64,000 bases of DNA from Candidatus Multivoradales bacterium (GCA_965248925.1 CBDFLE010000005.1:2016001-2080000), one strand, 5' to 3'. Positions 53,679 to 64,000 are shown, counted from the first letter of the stretch. Notes: generated from the sequence alone by a model not told the origin. Numbers and translations are program-made.

Positions 53679-56266
53679 ACCACAGCGATCCGCGTTTCCG
53701 CGATCAACGGCGCAAAGCGGTGGCGGCGAGTCCAACTCTGGTCGGCCTCGATCACATCGACGTCCGGCACCTCGATACCAGCACCAGCAGTGGCACAGAT
53801 TCCGCCAACGAACTGTGGGATCTGAACTTGCACTTCCTGCCCCCCAGCGAGCAGCGCCAGGACCAGCAGTTCGCGGCTTTACCCAGCCTCGTGGAAGCCG
53901 ACAACATCCGCATCGAGTTCGGCGAGAATGCCGACCCGGCGATCCATGTCCGCCAGATCATGCCGCTGGCAGATCATGTTCTGCGGGTGCGGGTAGCCCG
54001 CAACGTCAACTCGGCGACCCCCCCCGCCCACCTGCCCGCCGACCTCCATCTCGCGGCCGGCCACTTGCCGATCTACCGCTTGCGCCTGGTCGACCTGCCG
54101 ACCGTTGACCGCTTTTTTGATCAGGCCCTATTCGCTTTTCGCGACGGCACCACCGATCTCGGCCTGCCCTCTGAGCTGCCCGAGCAGCGACCCACGTTGC
54201 GGCTGCCCGAGATCGACTACCTGTCGAAGGACTACGAGAGCTTTCGCCAATTGCTGCTCGACCGCCTCAAGCGCGAGGTACCGAGCTGGCACGAGCGCAA
54301 CCCCGCCGATCTCGGGGTCACCCTGGTCGAACTGCTGGCCTACGCCGGCGACTATCTGAGCTACTACCAAGACGCGGTCTCGAGCGAAGCCTACATCGCC
54401 ACCGCCCGGCAGCGCATTTCGATCCGTCGCCACGCCCGACTGGTCGATTACCGCATGCACGAAGGGGTCAATGCCCGCTGTTGGGTGCAGATCAAGATAC
54501 TGCCCACCGAGGCCGAGTCTGGCAGCGCGGCCAGCGCCGCGCCAGAGCCCTTTGAGCTACCCGCCGGCACTGAAGTGCTGACCTCCTGCGGCCAAGTGCC
54601 AGCGATCGTGCCGCGGCTGTCGCGCGAGGAACGCAAGGCTCGGGCCGCTAGGCCGTTGGTATTTCAAACCCTATTCCCCGTCCGCCTGCACCCGCTGCAC
54701 AACCGGATAGAGATCTACACCTGGGGCGCCACCACCTACCGCCTGCGAGCTGGTGACACCCGCGCCGCGCTGGTTGGCCACTTGCCTCATTTGCACCGCG
54801 GCGATGTGCTGATCTTCGAGCGGATGCGTCTCGCTGAGACCCTGGGCGGCAACCTGGACGACCTGCCGACATCGCAGCCGGTGCGGCTGGCCCACCACCC
54901 GCGCCTATCCCTCGATCCAACCCTCGGAGATGACGGCCAGACGGTGCCGGTCACCGAGATCGAGTGGCTGGCCGAGGATGGGTTGGACCATGATCTAGAA
55001 GTCTCAGTACGGATCGGAGGCAAGGTGCGACTGCTGGCCTGCGCGCGGGGCAACAACGTCCTGGTCGACCACGGGGAAAGCCGCTATGAGGTGCTACCGC
55101 AGGTGCCCGCCAACCAACGCTACGGGCCGCGGCTGCGCCAACTCGGCCTCACCCGCCGAGTACCCTATGACTCCGAACGCGCTTCGCGCCTACCGGCCCA
55201 CGGCAACTTGGAACAGGACCCTCGCCAAGCGCTGCCGGCGCTGGAACTCTACGAACTGGCGCCGGTAGAGTTCGAGCGTTACCCCGACGGCGTCCCCTTG
55301 GAGGTTCTGGGCCGCACTCAGCGACAGGTCTGGCGGGTTCGTCATGACTTGCTGGCCAGTGATCGCTTCGGCCAAGACCTGGTCGTCGAGACTGACGATC
55401 GGGGCTACGCCCAGCTCCGCTTTGGTGACGATCGCCAAGGGCTCAGTCCCTATCCCGGCAGCCGCCTGCAGGCCGTCTACCGAGTTGGCTCGGGGCCGGC
55501 TGGCAACGTGGGCGCCTATGCCCTGCGTCATCTGGTGATTGCCAGCAGTGAGTTGGAGCGTTGCGCCGACCTCGGGTTGCGCCTCATCGAGGCTCGCAAC
55601 CAGCTCGCCGGCCATGGTGGGTTGGAGTCCGAGAACAGCGAGCTAGCGCGACACTACGCACCGCAAGCCTTGCACAGCGGTAGGCTCCGCCGCTGTGTGA
55701 CCGAGGATGACTATGCGCGGGTCGCCGAGCGCCATCCCGAAGTCGAGCGGGCGGTCTCCAGACTACATTGGAATGGCACCTCCTGGGTGGCCTTTATCTA
55801 CGTCCAACGCCCGGCATTGCGCACCCTCGACAGCCACTTGAAGCGCCGCCTGCTACGCTTCTTCGCTCCCTTCTTGCTGGCCGACTGTGAGGTCGAGATA
55901 CGCTCTCCGCGATGGGTGCCCCTCGATCTCTGTTTCTTGGTACACCCTCAGGGCTCGGCCCCGCAAGCCAGCATGCGCCAGCGCCTGGGCACTCGCGTCG
56001 AGCAGGGAGAGTTGCCCTTTCTGGCGCCGGACTACTTCACCTTCGGCAAACCGCTCTACCTGAGTGAGTTGATCACTCAGATCATGGAGTTGCCGGAAGT
56101 CAGCAGCGTCGAGGCCAAGGTGTTCAAGCGCTGGGGCGAGAGTTCGCAGGGGGAGCTCGAGCAGGGTGAAATTTCCCTCGCCCCGCTGGAAATCGCCGTG
56201 CTGCGCAACGATCCCTCGGCGCCGCATCTGGGTTCGATACAGGTACGCATTGAGGAGGAAGCATGA
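53666..56266 (+). CDS. Baseplate J-like protein 1 (Afp11-like)
   Basis: IDYLSKDYESFRQLLLD, DLGVTLVELLAY.GD.LSYYQD, LRFGD..G, YRVG.G..GNV and RCVT..DY. Confidence 0.88.
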   Translation: MGDLNHSDPRFRDQRRKAVAASPTLVGLDHIDVRHLDTSTSSGTDSANELWDLNLHFLPPSEQRQDQQFAALPSLVEADNIRIEFGENADPAIHVRQIMPLADHVLRVRVARNVNSATPPAHLPADLHLAAGHLPIYRLRLVDLPTVDRFFDQALFAFRDGTTDLGLPSELPEQRPTLRLPEIDYLSKDYESFRQLLLDRLKREVPSWHERNPADLGVTLVELLAYAGDYLSYYQDAVSSEAYIATARQRISIRRHARLVDYRMHEGVNARCWVQIKILPTEAESGSAASAAPEPFELPAGTEVLTSCGQVPAIVPRLSREERKARAARPLVFQTLFPVRLHPLHNRIEIYTWGATTYRLRAGDTRAALVGHLPHLHRGDVLIFERMRLAETLGGNLDDLPTSQPVRLAHHPRLSLDPTLGDDGQTVPVTEIEWLAEDGLDHDLEVSVRIGGKVRLLACARGNNVLVDHGESRYEVLPQVPANQRYGPRLRQLGLTRRVPYDSERASRLPAHGNLEQDPRQALPALELYELAPVEFERYPDGVPLEVLGRTQRQVWRVRHDLLASDRFGQDLVVETDDRGYAQLRFGDDRQGLSPYPGSRLQAVYRVGSGPAGNVGAYALRHLVIASSELERCADLGLRLIEARNQLAGHGGLESENSELARHYAPQALHSGRLRRCVTEDDYARVAERHPEVERAVSRLHWNGTSWVAFIYVQRPALRTLDSHLKRRLLRFFAPFLLADCEVEIRSPRWVPLDLCFLVHPQGSAPQASMRQRLGTRVEQGELPFLAPDYFTFGKPLYLSELITQIMELPEVSSVEAKVFKRWGESSQGELEQGEISLAPLEIAVLRNDPSAPHLGSIQVRIEEEA

Positions 56267-59200
56267 GGGAGCAGCAACCACCGCCCCTCCCCGCCGCGGC
56301 CACCGCGCCGAGCCCCGACTCGCGGTTGGCTAACCCACCAGGGCAGCGTCAGCTGATTCACCGCATCGGCGACTACTACAGCTTCTACGACTCCATGTTG
56401 CACTGCCTGGCCCGCCAGGGCCGGCATCCGTTGACCACCACCGTGCCTTGGGTTGAAGACGCCGAGGACCAAAAAACTCGTGCCGAGCAGCCCCGCAGCG
56501 TCCTTGGCGAACAACGCACCGCCACTGGCAAGGGCCGCATCTGGCTCAACCTGTCGCAGGCCGACAATTGGATCCTCGGCTTACTCAGGTCGTGGGCGAC
56601 GATCGGCGAGATTCTCGCTTTCTATCAAGAGCGGCTGATCAACGAAGGCTACTTGCGCACCGCCCGCGAGCGGCGTTCGGTACACGAGCTGGCGCGATTG
56701 CTCGACTACCGGCCGCGGCCGGCGGTGGCCGGTGCCACCGAGTTGGCCTTCGACACCACCGATGTCGAGGGCTTGCCGCGAGACATCGCACTGGTCGCCA
56801 GCACCCCGGTCGACAGTGTGCCCCCCGAGGGCGCCGAACCGCAGAGCTTCGAGACCTCCGGCCCACTAGTGGCCCGCGCCGACTGGAATCGGCTGGGGGA
56901 AGCCGCGCCGGCTCGCCCCCTACCCTTGGAACTTGACAACGGCGCCAACCGCCTAGGTCTAGCCAACCAAGCGCGGTGGCCCGATATCGGTTCGGGGATA
57001 CTGATCCGCGGCCGGCAAAACAACGAGGAGCGCCTCTTCTACCGCCCGGTCGCGGCGCTCGAAGATCCCGCCGCGAAGCTTCCGGGCAAGGATCTGGTGT
57101 GGAGCGAGGCCGTCGAACTACAGCCCGCGGAACCGCCTCTCGGCGACCTAGAGGTCTACGCCCTGCGCCAAGAGCTGCGCCTCTTCGGCTATGCCGCGCC
57201 ACTGTGGCCAGAGCAATCGCTCGCAGTGCGCCGCCGCTATCGCGACCTGCAAGGCGGCTTGCGGGTGCTCCAAGACGGTAGCTGGCGCGCGACCCACGGC
57301 AGTCTGCCGGAGGCCGAAATCCGCTGCCTGGTCTACAGCCCCGACGGACACCTCTTCGCCGGCACCAGCGGCCAAGGCATCTGGCGCCTGAGCGCGGGTG
57401 AGAAAAGCTGGCAAGGTCCCTCCCGTGGTCTCGAATTGGGCGACATCTGCGCTCTGACCGCCACCGACGACGGCTTGCTGATCGCCGGCACGGCAACCGG
57501 CGGAGTTTTTCACTCGACCGACGGCGGCGATGTTTGGACCCAACTCACCGGCCGCGCCCTGGGCCGCGCCCGCTGGACCCTGGTGCGCCGTTCGCGACGC
57601 CTCGACAGCTTGCCGCAGACGCCGGTGCGAGCCCTCCTATCACTGCCCACCGGCGAGGGCGCTGCCAAAGGCGCCTGGCTCTTCGCCGGCACCGACAGCG
57701 GCCTCTACCGTTCGACCGACCTGGCCAACACCTGGATGCCGTCCAACCGCGGCTTCCCGGCAGTCGACTCGGGCACCGGCGAGACGTCGACCGCGGTCAC
57801 CGCCCTGATCGTCAATCCGCTCAGCGGCGAACTCTTCGCCGCCACTTCCGCTGGCGTCTTCTCCTCCACCGACCGCGGTCGGCGTTGGCAGGCGATCAAT
57901 CTTGGTCTGCCGGAGATGGATCTGTTCAGCGAGCTGCTACCGCGGGGAGTGCGCGACTTGGCCTTGCACTACGATCGGCGGCGGCGGACTTCGACCCTCT
58001 TCGCGGCCACCACCCAGGGAATCTACCGCTCCCGCGACCGCGGCAACAACTGGCAGCTGGCCAGCAGTGGGCTCGAGATCGAGCGTGACGAGCTGCCCGA
58101 GATCACCTGCCTGGCCCTGGAGCGCAACAAAGTCACCGTCACCTCTCGCCTCTTCGCCGCCACTGCTGAACGGGTCTGGTGCTCACTTGACGAAGGGGAG
58201 AGCTGGCGGCCGGCGTCCCTCGACGCCTTACCCGGCGGCCGCGCGCTGGCGGCCAGCAGCAGCCGCGCGACGCTGGCCGCGGCTACCCCTTTCGGCGGTT
58301 TCGCCAACAATCAATGGCCGAACTTCTTTCTCTCCCGCGGCCACATCGATCTGGAACGTGAAATCCCTGCCCTGCCCGCCGACGGCTGGGTGATCCTGGT
58401 GCCCGATGCTGACCAACCGCAACCACCACCGGTGGGCATCTTCCCGCTGCTCAAGGTCAGCACCGTGCGGCGCACCGACTTCACCCTCAACACCAAGATC
58501 ACCCGCCTGCAAGTAGACCCCGACCCGGCTTTGCGGCGCTACGATCTGCGCCGCACCCGAGTGCTTGTGCATAGCGAACCGCTTCTGCTGCAGACGGGTA
58601 ACCGGGTCGATCCCAGAGACACCCTGGCCGCCCTCTGCGCCAGGCTCCGGCAGATGCCCGCCGATCGGCCAATCCTGGCTTGCGCCCTGCACTCTCCGGG
58701 CAACCATGACTCGCCAGTGCACGAAGCGGCGCAGAGCCGCGCCGAGCCGCTGGCAAACCAGGCCGCCTGGCAGTATCTTTCGAGCTCCGCCGCGCAGCTG
58801 TTGGCATCTCTGGAGAAGAGTGCCCAGACCGGCTTATTAACCCTCGCCAGCGAGCCCACCAGTAGCGCCAAGGCAGGTCAAGCGGTCGCCGTTTCGAGCG
58901 ATTCGCTGCAAGTCTTCGCCAACGTCATAAACGCCACCGAAGGGGTCACCATCCACCGCGAGGTGCTGGGCAGCGGCAACGCCGCGCAAACCCTGCAACA
59001 GTTCCCGTTAGTCGAGATACCAGCCTTTCTGCGCGGCTCGCCGGATCCCCGATCGACGGTCGAGATCCGGGTCGGCGATCAGCGCTGGAGAGAGGTGCCA
59101 AGGCTCCTCGATCAACCGCCTGAGCGCCGGGTCTATGAGCTGCGCCGCGATCACCAGGGCTTCGCCACCGTAGTCTTTGGCGATGGTGCCCACGGCGCCC

Positions 59201-60045
59201 GCCTGCCCACCGGCCAAGGCAACGTGGTGGCGACCTACCGCTTTGGCACCAGCCAACGGCCGATTCCAGCAGCCAGCGTGCGGTTGATGCACAGCCGCCC
59301 GCTCGGCCTGGCGGCGGTCACCAATCCGCGACCAGGAACCCCAGGCGCCGCCGCCGAGCCCGCCGACCAAGTGCGCAGCCAGGCGCCCAGCAGTGTGCGG
59401 ATATTTGGTCGCATCGTTTCGTTACGCGACTATGAGGACTTCGCCGCCGGCTACCCCGGCGTGGTCAAAGTACGGGCGCAACGACTGTCCGCCGCCGGCC
59501 AACCGATGGTTCACCTCACCCTGGCCACCGCCGATGCCGAGCACCGCCCACCCCGAGGTAGTTTGTTCAAGTCGCAGCTGTTGGCCGCAATCGAGGCCAT
59601 TAGGGCCGCCGCCGAGCCGGTCGAGATCGCCTCTTTCAAGCCGGTCGGGCTGATCATTGAAGCCCGGATCTTGCTCCGCCAGGGCCTCGAATTCGCAGAC
59701 TTCGAACCCCATCTGCGAGCCCTCCTGGAGCAGCGCTTCTCTTTCGAGCACAGTGACTTCGGTCGCACCATCAGTCCCGCTGAAGCCATCATTACCTTGC
59801 AAGAGGTCGACGGCGTGGCGGCGGTGGATCTGGATGTTTTTCGCCGCGATGAGCCAGCAGCAGACACGGCGAAGAGGGACCCGGAGCCGCCGCGCAACGT
59901 GGTCCCCCGCGAAGCATATTGGGACCCCATCACAGCCGAGTCGCGGCCCGCTGAGCTGGTTCTCTTCCAGCGTTGCCACCTCTACGCCGCCAAGGACGCT
60001 TTGCAGCCAGAGACCCGCAGTAGCCCACCGGAGGCCACACGATGA
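56263..60045 (+). CDS. Baseplate J-like protein 2 with an inserted Asp-box beta-propeller
   Basis: FYQERLINEGYLRTARERRSV.EL, FGDG.HGARLPTG..NV.A.YR and RIVSLRDYEDF, with internal S.D.G..W repeats. Confidence 0.88.
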   Translation: MREQQPPPLPAAATAPSPDSRLANPPGQRQLIHRIGDYYSFYDSMLHCLARQGRHPLTTTVPWVEDAEDQKTRAEQPRSVLGEQRTATGKGRIWLNLSQADNWILGLLRSWATIGEILAFYQERLINEGYLRTARERRSVHELARLLDYRPRPAVAGATELAFDTTDVEGLPRDIALVASTPVDSVPPEGAEPQSFETSGPLVARADWNRLGEAAPARPLPLELDNGANRLGLANQARWPDIGSGILIRGRQNNEERLFYRPVAALEDPAAKLPGKDLVWSEAVELQPAEPPLGDLEVYALRQELRLFGYAAPLWPEQSLAVRRRYRDLQGGLRVLQDGSWRATHGSLPEAEIRCLVYSPDGHLFAGTSGQGIWRLSAGEKSWQGPSRGLELGDICALTATDDGLLIAGTATGGVFHSTDGGDVWTQLTGRALGRARWTLVRRSRRLDSLPQTPVRALLSLPTGEGAAKGAWLFAGTDSGLYRSTDLANTWMPSNRGFPAVDSGTGETSTAVTALIVNPLSGELFAATSAGVFSSTDRGRRWQAINLGLPEMDLFSELLPRGVRDLALHYDRRRRTSTLFAATTQGIYRSRDRGNNWQLASSGLEIERDELPEITCLALERNKVTVTSRLFAATAERVWCSLDEGESWRPASLDALPGGRALAASSSRATLAAATPFGGFANNQWPNFFLSRGHIDLEREIPALPADGWVILVPDADQPQPPPVGIFPLLKVSTVRRTDFTLNTKITRLQVDPDPALRRYDLRRTRVLVHSEPLLLQTGNRVDPRDTLAALCARLRQMPADRPILACALHSPGNHDSPVHEAAQSRAEPLANQAAWQYLSSSAAQLLASLEKSAQTGLLTLASEPTSSAKAGQAVAVSSDSLQVFANVINATEGVTIHREVLGSGNAAQTLQQFPLVEIPAFLRGSPDPRSTVEIRVGDQRWREVPRLLDQPPERRVYELRRDHQGFATVVFGDGAHGARLPTGQGNVVATYRFGTSQRPIPAASVRLMHSRPLGLAAVTNPRPGTPGAAAEPADQVRSQAPSSVRIFGRIVSLRDYEDFAAGYPGVVKVRAQRLSAAGQPMVHLTLATADAEHRPPRGSLFKSQLLAAIEAIRAAAEPVEIASFKPVGLIIEARILLRQGLEFADFEPHLRALLEQRFSFEHSDFGRTISPAEAIITLQEVDGVAAVDLDVFRRDEPAADTAKRDPEPPRNVVPREAYWDPITAESRPAELVLFQRCHLYAAKDALQPETRSSPPEATR

Positions 60046-62138
60046 ATACCCATTCTCGCCTCTACGACCTGCTGCCGGCCTATGTCCGCTTCCAAGACCA
60101 GCAGCGGCGCGATCCGGAGATGGGCATCGCCCCTCTCGAAGCTCTGATCCGCGCGCTCGAAGCCTCGTTCGACGCCATCGAAGAGAACATCGGTACCCTC
60201 TACGACGGCTGGTTCATCGAGACCTGCGAGGATTGGCGGATCCCCTACATCGCCGATCTGCTCGGTGTTCGCGGTCTCGAAGACATCGGCGCCTTGATTC
60301 CCAGCCAGCGTACGCGGGTGGCCAACACCATCGCTTACCGGCGACGCAAGGGGACCCCGGCGGTGCTCGGCCAGGCGGCGCGAGACAACACCGGCTGGCC
60401 CTGCCACATCAAGGTCTTTCGCGACTTCTTGGCGATCACCCAGGCGGTGTCCAGCCCGCGCCTCGACCGCGGTCGTTGGGTCGATCTGCGGCAGCGTCAA
60501 GCGTTGGCCCGGCTGCGCACACCCTTCGATCCCGTGGCCCGCACGGTCGACCTGCGTAGCGGTCCACCGCGGGTCGCTGCCGAGGCCAGCGGCGGCTACC
60601 ATCCCTATCGCCTGGGGCTGACCTTCTGGCGCCTCTCGAGCTACCCCATGCGGCAGCTGCAAGCACGACCCAGCCGCCGCGATCCGGGCCACTTCTACCG
60701 CTGCCATCCGGCGGCGGTAGATTCGCCCCTGTTCAATCCGCCGCGCACCCCCACGGGCACCCCCCGCGACCCGACTCGCTACCTGCCGCTGCGGGTCAAC
60801 CGCGGCCTGCTGAGAGCCGAACTCAGCGCCGCGCGGCTACCCGCCGGCGAGCGACCCACGGTCCGGATCCAGGTGCAAGACAGCCCCTCCGCGGCCCTAG
60901 CAACGGTGCCGAACTCGCGCATCGCGGTCGGCGACCTGAGCACCTGGCAAGTGCCGAAGGCGGAGCTTATGATTGACCCGGAGAACGGCCGCCTGGCCTT
61001 TGCCGAGCCCAACCCAGAGCGCATCGTCAAGGTTGACTGCTGCTTTGGCATGGCGGCCGATCTCGGCGGTGGCCCCTATCCGCGACCCAGCGTGCGCGGG
61101 CCGGTGGAGCCGCAGACCTGGCAGGCGATCATCGATCGAGCCCAGCTCTCTGACGATCTGCCGGAGCGGCAGCAAGTGGAGCGTTTCTCCTCACTGCGGC
61201 AAGCGATCGACGCCTGGCGGGCAGCCGGCAAACCCGCGGCAGCGCTTCTCCGGATCCATGACAGCGACCTGCATCCGATCGGCGATATAGCGCTTGAGCT
61301 ACCCAAGGACTGCCAGCTGACGCTGCGCGCCGAAGAGCGGTGCTGGCCACTACTGGTCGGCAAGCTCGAAATCAGCGGCGACGCGGGCAGCCGTTTGCGC
61401 CTCGATGGCTTGGTCCTCGAAGGCAAAGTACAGCTCGGTGACAAGGTCTCGCTGGAGATCGAACATTGCACCCTGAAACGAGACAGCCGGGCCGCCGATC
61501 AGCCAACTAGTGATCTCTCGGACACCGTGCTTGAGCGCCCTCGCGACGGGGTCGACACGAGGGTCTCCATCCGCCACTCAAGGATCCTCGGCGAGCTGCG
61601 TCTGAGCGCCGAGCTGAACCACCTGGAAATCGCCGACAGCGTACTCGGTAGCGTTGGCGGCGTGGCGATCAGCGGTCCGGACCAGACCTACGGCCCGGCT
61701 ACCACCCTCGAACGTTGCACCTTGCTGGGCACCGTCAAGTTGCACCAGCTGCTGGCAGCCACCAATACCCTGTTCACCGCGGCGGTAAAAATCGAGCGCT
61801 GGCGCGACGGCCAGATCCACTTTTGCTACCTCCCTCACGGTTCCCGAGTACCACCGCGGCAGCAGTCCATGGACGGACCACCGCTGATCACCGGCAGCGC
61901 CCACACCTCACCCTCGGGGGCGGTTTCAGCCAGCGCGTTCATCTCCTTGACCTACGGCCATCCAGCTTTTGCTCAGCTCAGCCTGCAATGTGGGGGCATC
62001 GACCGAGGAGGTGAGCAAGGCAACGAGATTGGCGCCTTCCACGGCCAACGCTTGGGCAACCGGCTCGCCAACCTGAACGCCGCCCTCGACGAGTTTTTAC
62101 CTAGCGGGTTCACCGCCCGAATAGCTTTCGCGACCTAG
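60042..62138 (+). CDS. eCIS baseplate/tail protein (P2 gpI / Afp12-like)
   Basis: LYDLLPA..R..D, LYD.WFIETC..W.IPYI.DLLG, VANTIAYRRRKGT and F.SL.YG.P...QL..E.GAF. Confidence 0.85.
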   Translation: MNTHSRLYDLLPAYVRFQDQQRRDPEMGIAPLEALIRALEASFDAIEENIGTLYDGWFIETCEDWRIPYIADLLGVRGLEDIGALIPSQRTRVANTIAYRRRKGTPAVLGQAARDNTGWPCHIKVFRDFLAITQAVSSPRLDRGRWVDLRQRQALARLRTPFDPVARTVDLRSGPPRVAAEASGGYHPYRLGLTFWRLSSYPMRQLQARPSRRDPGHFYRCHPAAVDSPLFNPPRTPTGTPRDPTRYLPLRVNRGLLRAELSAARLPAGERPTVRIQVQDSPSAALATVPNSRIAVGDLSTWQVPKAELMIDPENGRLAFAEPNPERIVKVDCCFGMAADLGGGPYPRPSVRGPVEPQTWQAIIDRAQLSDDLPERQQVERFSSLRQAIDAWRAAGKPAAALLRIHDSDLHPIGDIALELPKDCQLTLRAEERCWPLLVGKLEISGDAGSRLRLDGLVLEGKVQLGDKVSLEIEHCTLKRDSRAADQPTSDLSDTVLERPRDGVDTRVSIRHSRILGELRLSAELNHLEIADSVLGSVGGVAISGPDQTYGPATTLERCTLLGTVKLHQLLAATNTLFTAAVKIERWRDGQIHFCYLPHGSRVPPRQQSMDGPPLITGSAHTSPSGAVSASAFISLTYGHPAFAQLSLQCGGIDRGGEQGNEIGAFHGQRLGNRLANLNAALDEFLPSGFTARIAFAT

Positions 62139-62151
62139 GAGCCCAAGCCCG

Positions 62152-64000
62152 ATGAAAGGCAGTTCGCAAGGAGATTTCTCACGCCTCCGCTTCGACAGCG
62201 GCAAGCACTACAGCGCGGTCCACATGCAGCAAGGGCGGGTGCAGCTCGATGCTGATTGGAACGAGCAGGTCGACATTCTCAACCACCGCCTGCGGACCGA
62301 GGCGCTGGACGTCATCGGCCAACACGGCGCGCCGGCGGACCACCCCGGTTTCGGCATCGAAGCCGAATGGGGCTTGGAGGTCGGCGCCAAGAGGGGCATC
62401 GTCACCGTGGGCGATCGCGGCGGCTGTCGCTGGCCCCCAGCGATAGCCGGGGACACCTTCACCCTCGAGTTGCGGCTCTTGGCGCAGGGCCCCGGCGTGC
62501 TCTACAGCCGCTGGGTCTCGATCGACGGCAAACTCGAGTACGTCGAAGCACTGATTCTGGGACCAGACGGCAGACTGAAACTCGACCGACCCGGCCAAGA
62601 CGAACTGCTCAGCGAGCCTGTCGACTTCGGCAGCGCGCCGGCGCAGCTGGCGGTGGCCTGTCACGGCTCCGAAGTCACCCTCTATTTCGCCGGCCAACCA
62701 GTCGCTCAGGCTGGTGGTGGCGCGGCCGCGGCCACACTTCAAAACAACACCCTGCTACTCGGCTCCGGCTATGCCGACCAGCCGCCCGAGCCAGCTCTCG
62801 AAGGGCTGCTCTTCGAGGTTCGCCTGTGGGGCTACCGTCTACCCGACGAACTCCTCCTCGGCCACCTCGCCGAACCGCTGGACAGCGCTGGGCTCCTCGG
62901 CCGCTGGTACTTCTCGGCCGCCAGTGGTCAGCGCATCGTCGACCAAAGCAGCAACCACCACGATGCCCGGATCCGCCGCGGAGGAGCCCCGCGGCGGCGC
63001 CCCTATCTGTCGATCACTGCCGGCCGCTACTACGTCGACGGACTGATGTGCGAGAACGACCAAGGGCGAGGATTCGACCAACAGCCTAACCATCCGGCCA
63101 CTCGGCAGCCGCTGCTGGCCGCGGACGATCGAGCCGAGCAGCAGCTGATCTACCTCGAAGTCTGGGAGCGCGAGGTGTCGGCGATCGAAGATCCGCAGCT
63201 GCGCGAAGTCGCCCTCGAAGGACTCACCACCACCACCCGTTCGCAGGTGGTGGCCCAGGTCAAGACCCTGCCGGTCACCGCCAAGGCTGAGCGCCGTACC
63301 CTGATCGCCGAGGTCGCCGAATGGGCCGAGTTTGTGGCCGCGCAGCAACAGCGCGGCCGACTGCGGGCCCGCCTTCAGCCGACCCCGAGTTCAGCGATCG
63401 ACAACCTGCTCTACCGCGTCGAAATCCACCACGGCACGGTTCACGCCAGCGCCACGGTAGAGAAGAAGTCAGTGGAGGAACAGCCGGCGGAGGACGAGTC
63501 CTCCTCGCTGAAGTTGGACAGCTGGGACGATTCCTGGGCCGCCGGACAGACCATCGAGATTGTCGCCGGCGATAGCGCAGCTCTGCGGCTGCGCATCACC
63601 GCCGTCGACGCCGCCACTCGGACTCTCGAAATCGGCGCCAAGCTGGTGGCAAATTTCGGCGACGGGCGATTGGCGGTCGAACGCCTGGCAACTTTCAAGT
63701 GGTCGCGGTCGAATGGCGCCCAAAGCTACCCCGTCGCCCACATGGCGAGCGAAGTCGCCACCCTGACTCCTCGTTTCGAAGGCAGCCTGCAAGATCTGAA
63801 GCCGGGGCGCTGGGTCGAGTTGGTCGACGATGCCTCGGTGCTCAGCGGCCAGCCCCGATCGCTACTGCAAGTGGCCGAGGTCGACACCATGCGGCGAGAA
63901 GTGATCTTCGCCTCTGCCCTGGAAGAGAGCACCGACAGCAGCGATTTGCAGCACCCCCTGCTGCGCGCTTGGGATCATGGAGGCCAAGGGCAAGAGATAC
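62152..64000 (+). CDS. DUF6519-domain tail-fibre/baseplate protein, 3' truncated by the window and absent from the supplied ORF track
   Basis: Manual translation gives MKGSSQGDFSRLRFDSGKHYSAVHMQQGRVQLDADWNEQ, GRYYVDGLMCEN, YLEVWEREV..IEDP.L.EVAL, NLLYRVEIH and FKWSRSNG. No in-frame stop was seen. Confidence 0.88.
   Translation, partial: MKGSSQGDFSRLRFDSGKHYSAVHMQQGRVQLDADWNEQVDILNHRLRTEALDVIGQHGAPADHPGFGIEAEWGLEVGAKRGIVTVGDRGGCRWPPAIAGDTFTLELRLLAQGPGVLYSRWVSIDGKLEYVEALILGPDGRLKLDRPGQDELLSEPVDFGSAPAQLAVACHGSEVTLYFAGQPVAQAGGGAAAATLQNNTLLLGSGYADQPPEPALEGLLFEVRLWGYRLPDELLLGHLAEPLDSAGLLGRWYFSAASGQRIVDQSSNHHDARIRRGGAPRRRPYLSITAGRYYVDGLMCENDQGRGFDQQPNHPATRQPLLAADDRAEQQLIYLEVWEREVSAIEDPQLREVALEGLTTTTRSQVVAQVKTLPVTAKAERRTLIAEVAEWAEFVAAQQQRGRLRARLQPTPSSAIDNLLYRVEIHHGTVHASATVEKKSVEEQPAEDESSSLKLDSWDDSWAAGQTIEIVAGDSAALRLRITAVDAATRTLEIGAKLVANFGDGRLAVERLATFKWSRSNGAQSYPVAHMASEVATLTPRFEGSLQDLKPGRWVELVDDASVLSGQPRSLLQVAEVDTMRREVIFASALEESTDSSDLQHPLLRAWDHGGQGQEI

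Noticed and set aside
62256-63089. 277-aa plus-strand ORF at the window end
   Set aside because: It is an off-frame shadow; the real gene is the DUF6519 frame starting at 62152.

Overview
GC-rich bacterial DNA. The gene repertoire (ECF sigma/Ser-Thr kinase pairs, a C-terminal IFxDGFESG motif, WT-type sulfatase) suggests Acidobacteriota, but this is an inference. Positions 1-35 kb are a mixed accessory region. It holds a sulfatase-like protein, a signal-peptide YD/RHS protein with a very Cys-rich C-terminus and two small secreted Cys-rich neighbours, an ECF sigma + kinase-TPR pair, Uup, an orphan Phd antitoxin, and an ApbE-DUF4266-DUF3570-TlpA cluster. It also holds a TonB-dependent receptor, GT39, UbiA and DCC1 genes, an ECF sigma / anti-sigma-pseudokinase / HNH trio, a diheme HzsA-like protein, a two-component islet flanked by 170-bp REP-containing direct repeats, FecR/ECF and YcaQ. 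From 35.8 kb to the window end is one co-directional extracellular contractile injection system (eCIS, Afp/PVC-like) operon, preceded by a candidate nuclease cargo gene and a SPOR gene. This eCIS is unusually decorated. The single sheath has a ~500-aa Ala-rich helical insertion. The gene at the tape-measure-like position is a 2138-aa disordered protein built from recent kb-scale tandem duplications. One baseplate protein carries an Asp-box beta-propeller, and the DUF6519 protein carries a LamG-like insert. No PAAR or DUF4157 gene is visible in the window. All calls come from reading motifs by eye; no database searches were run. I saw no rRNA, tRNA or CRISPR array.
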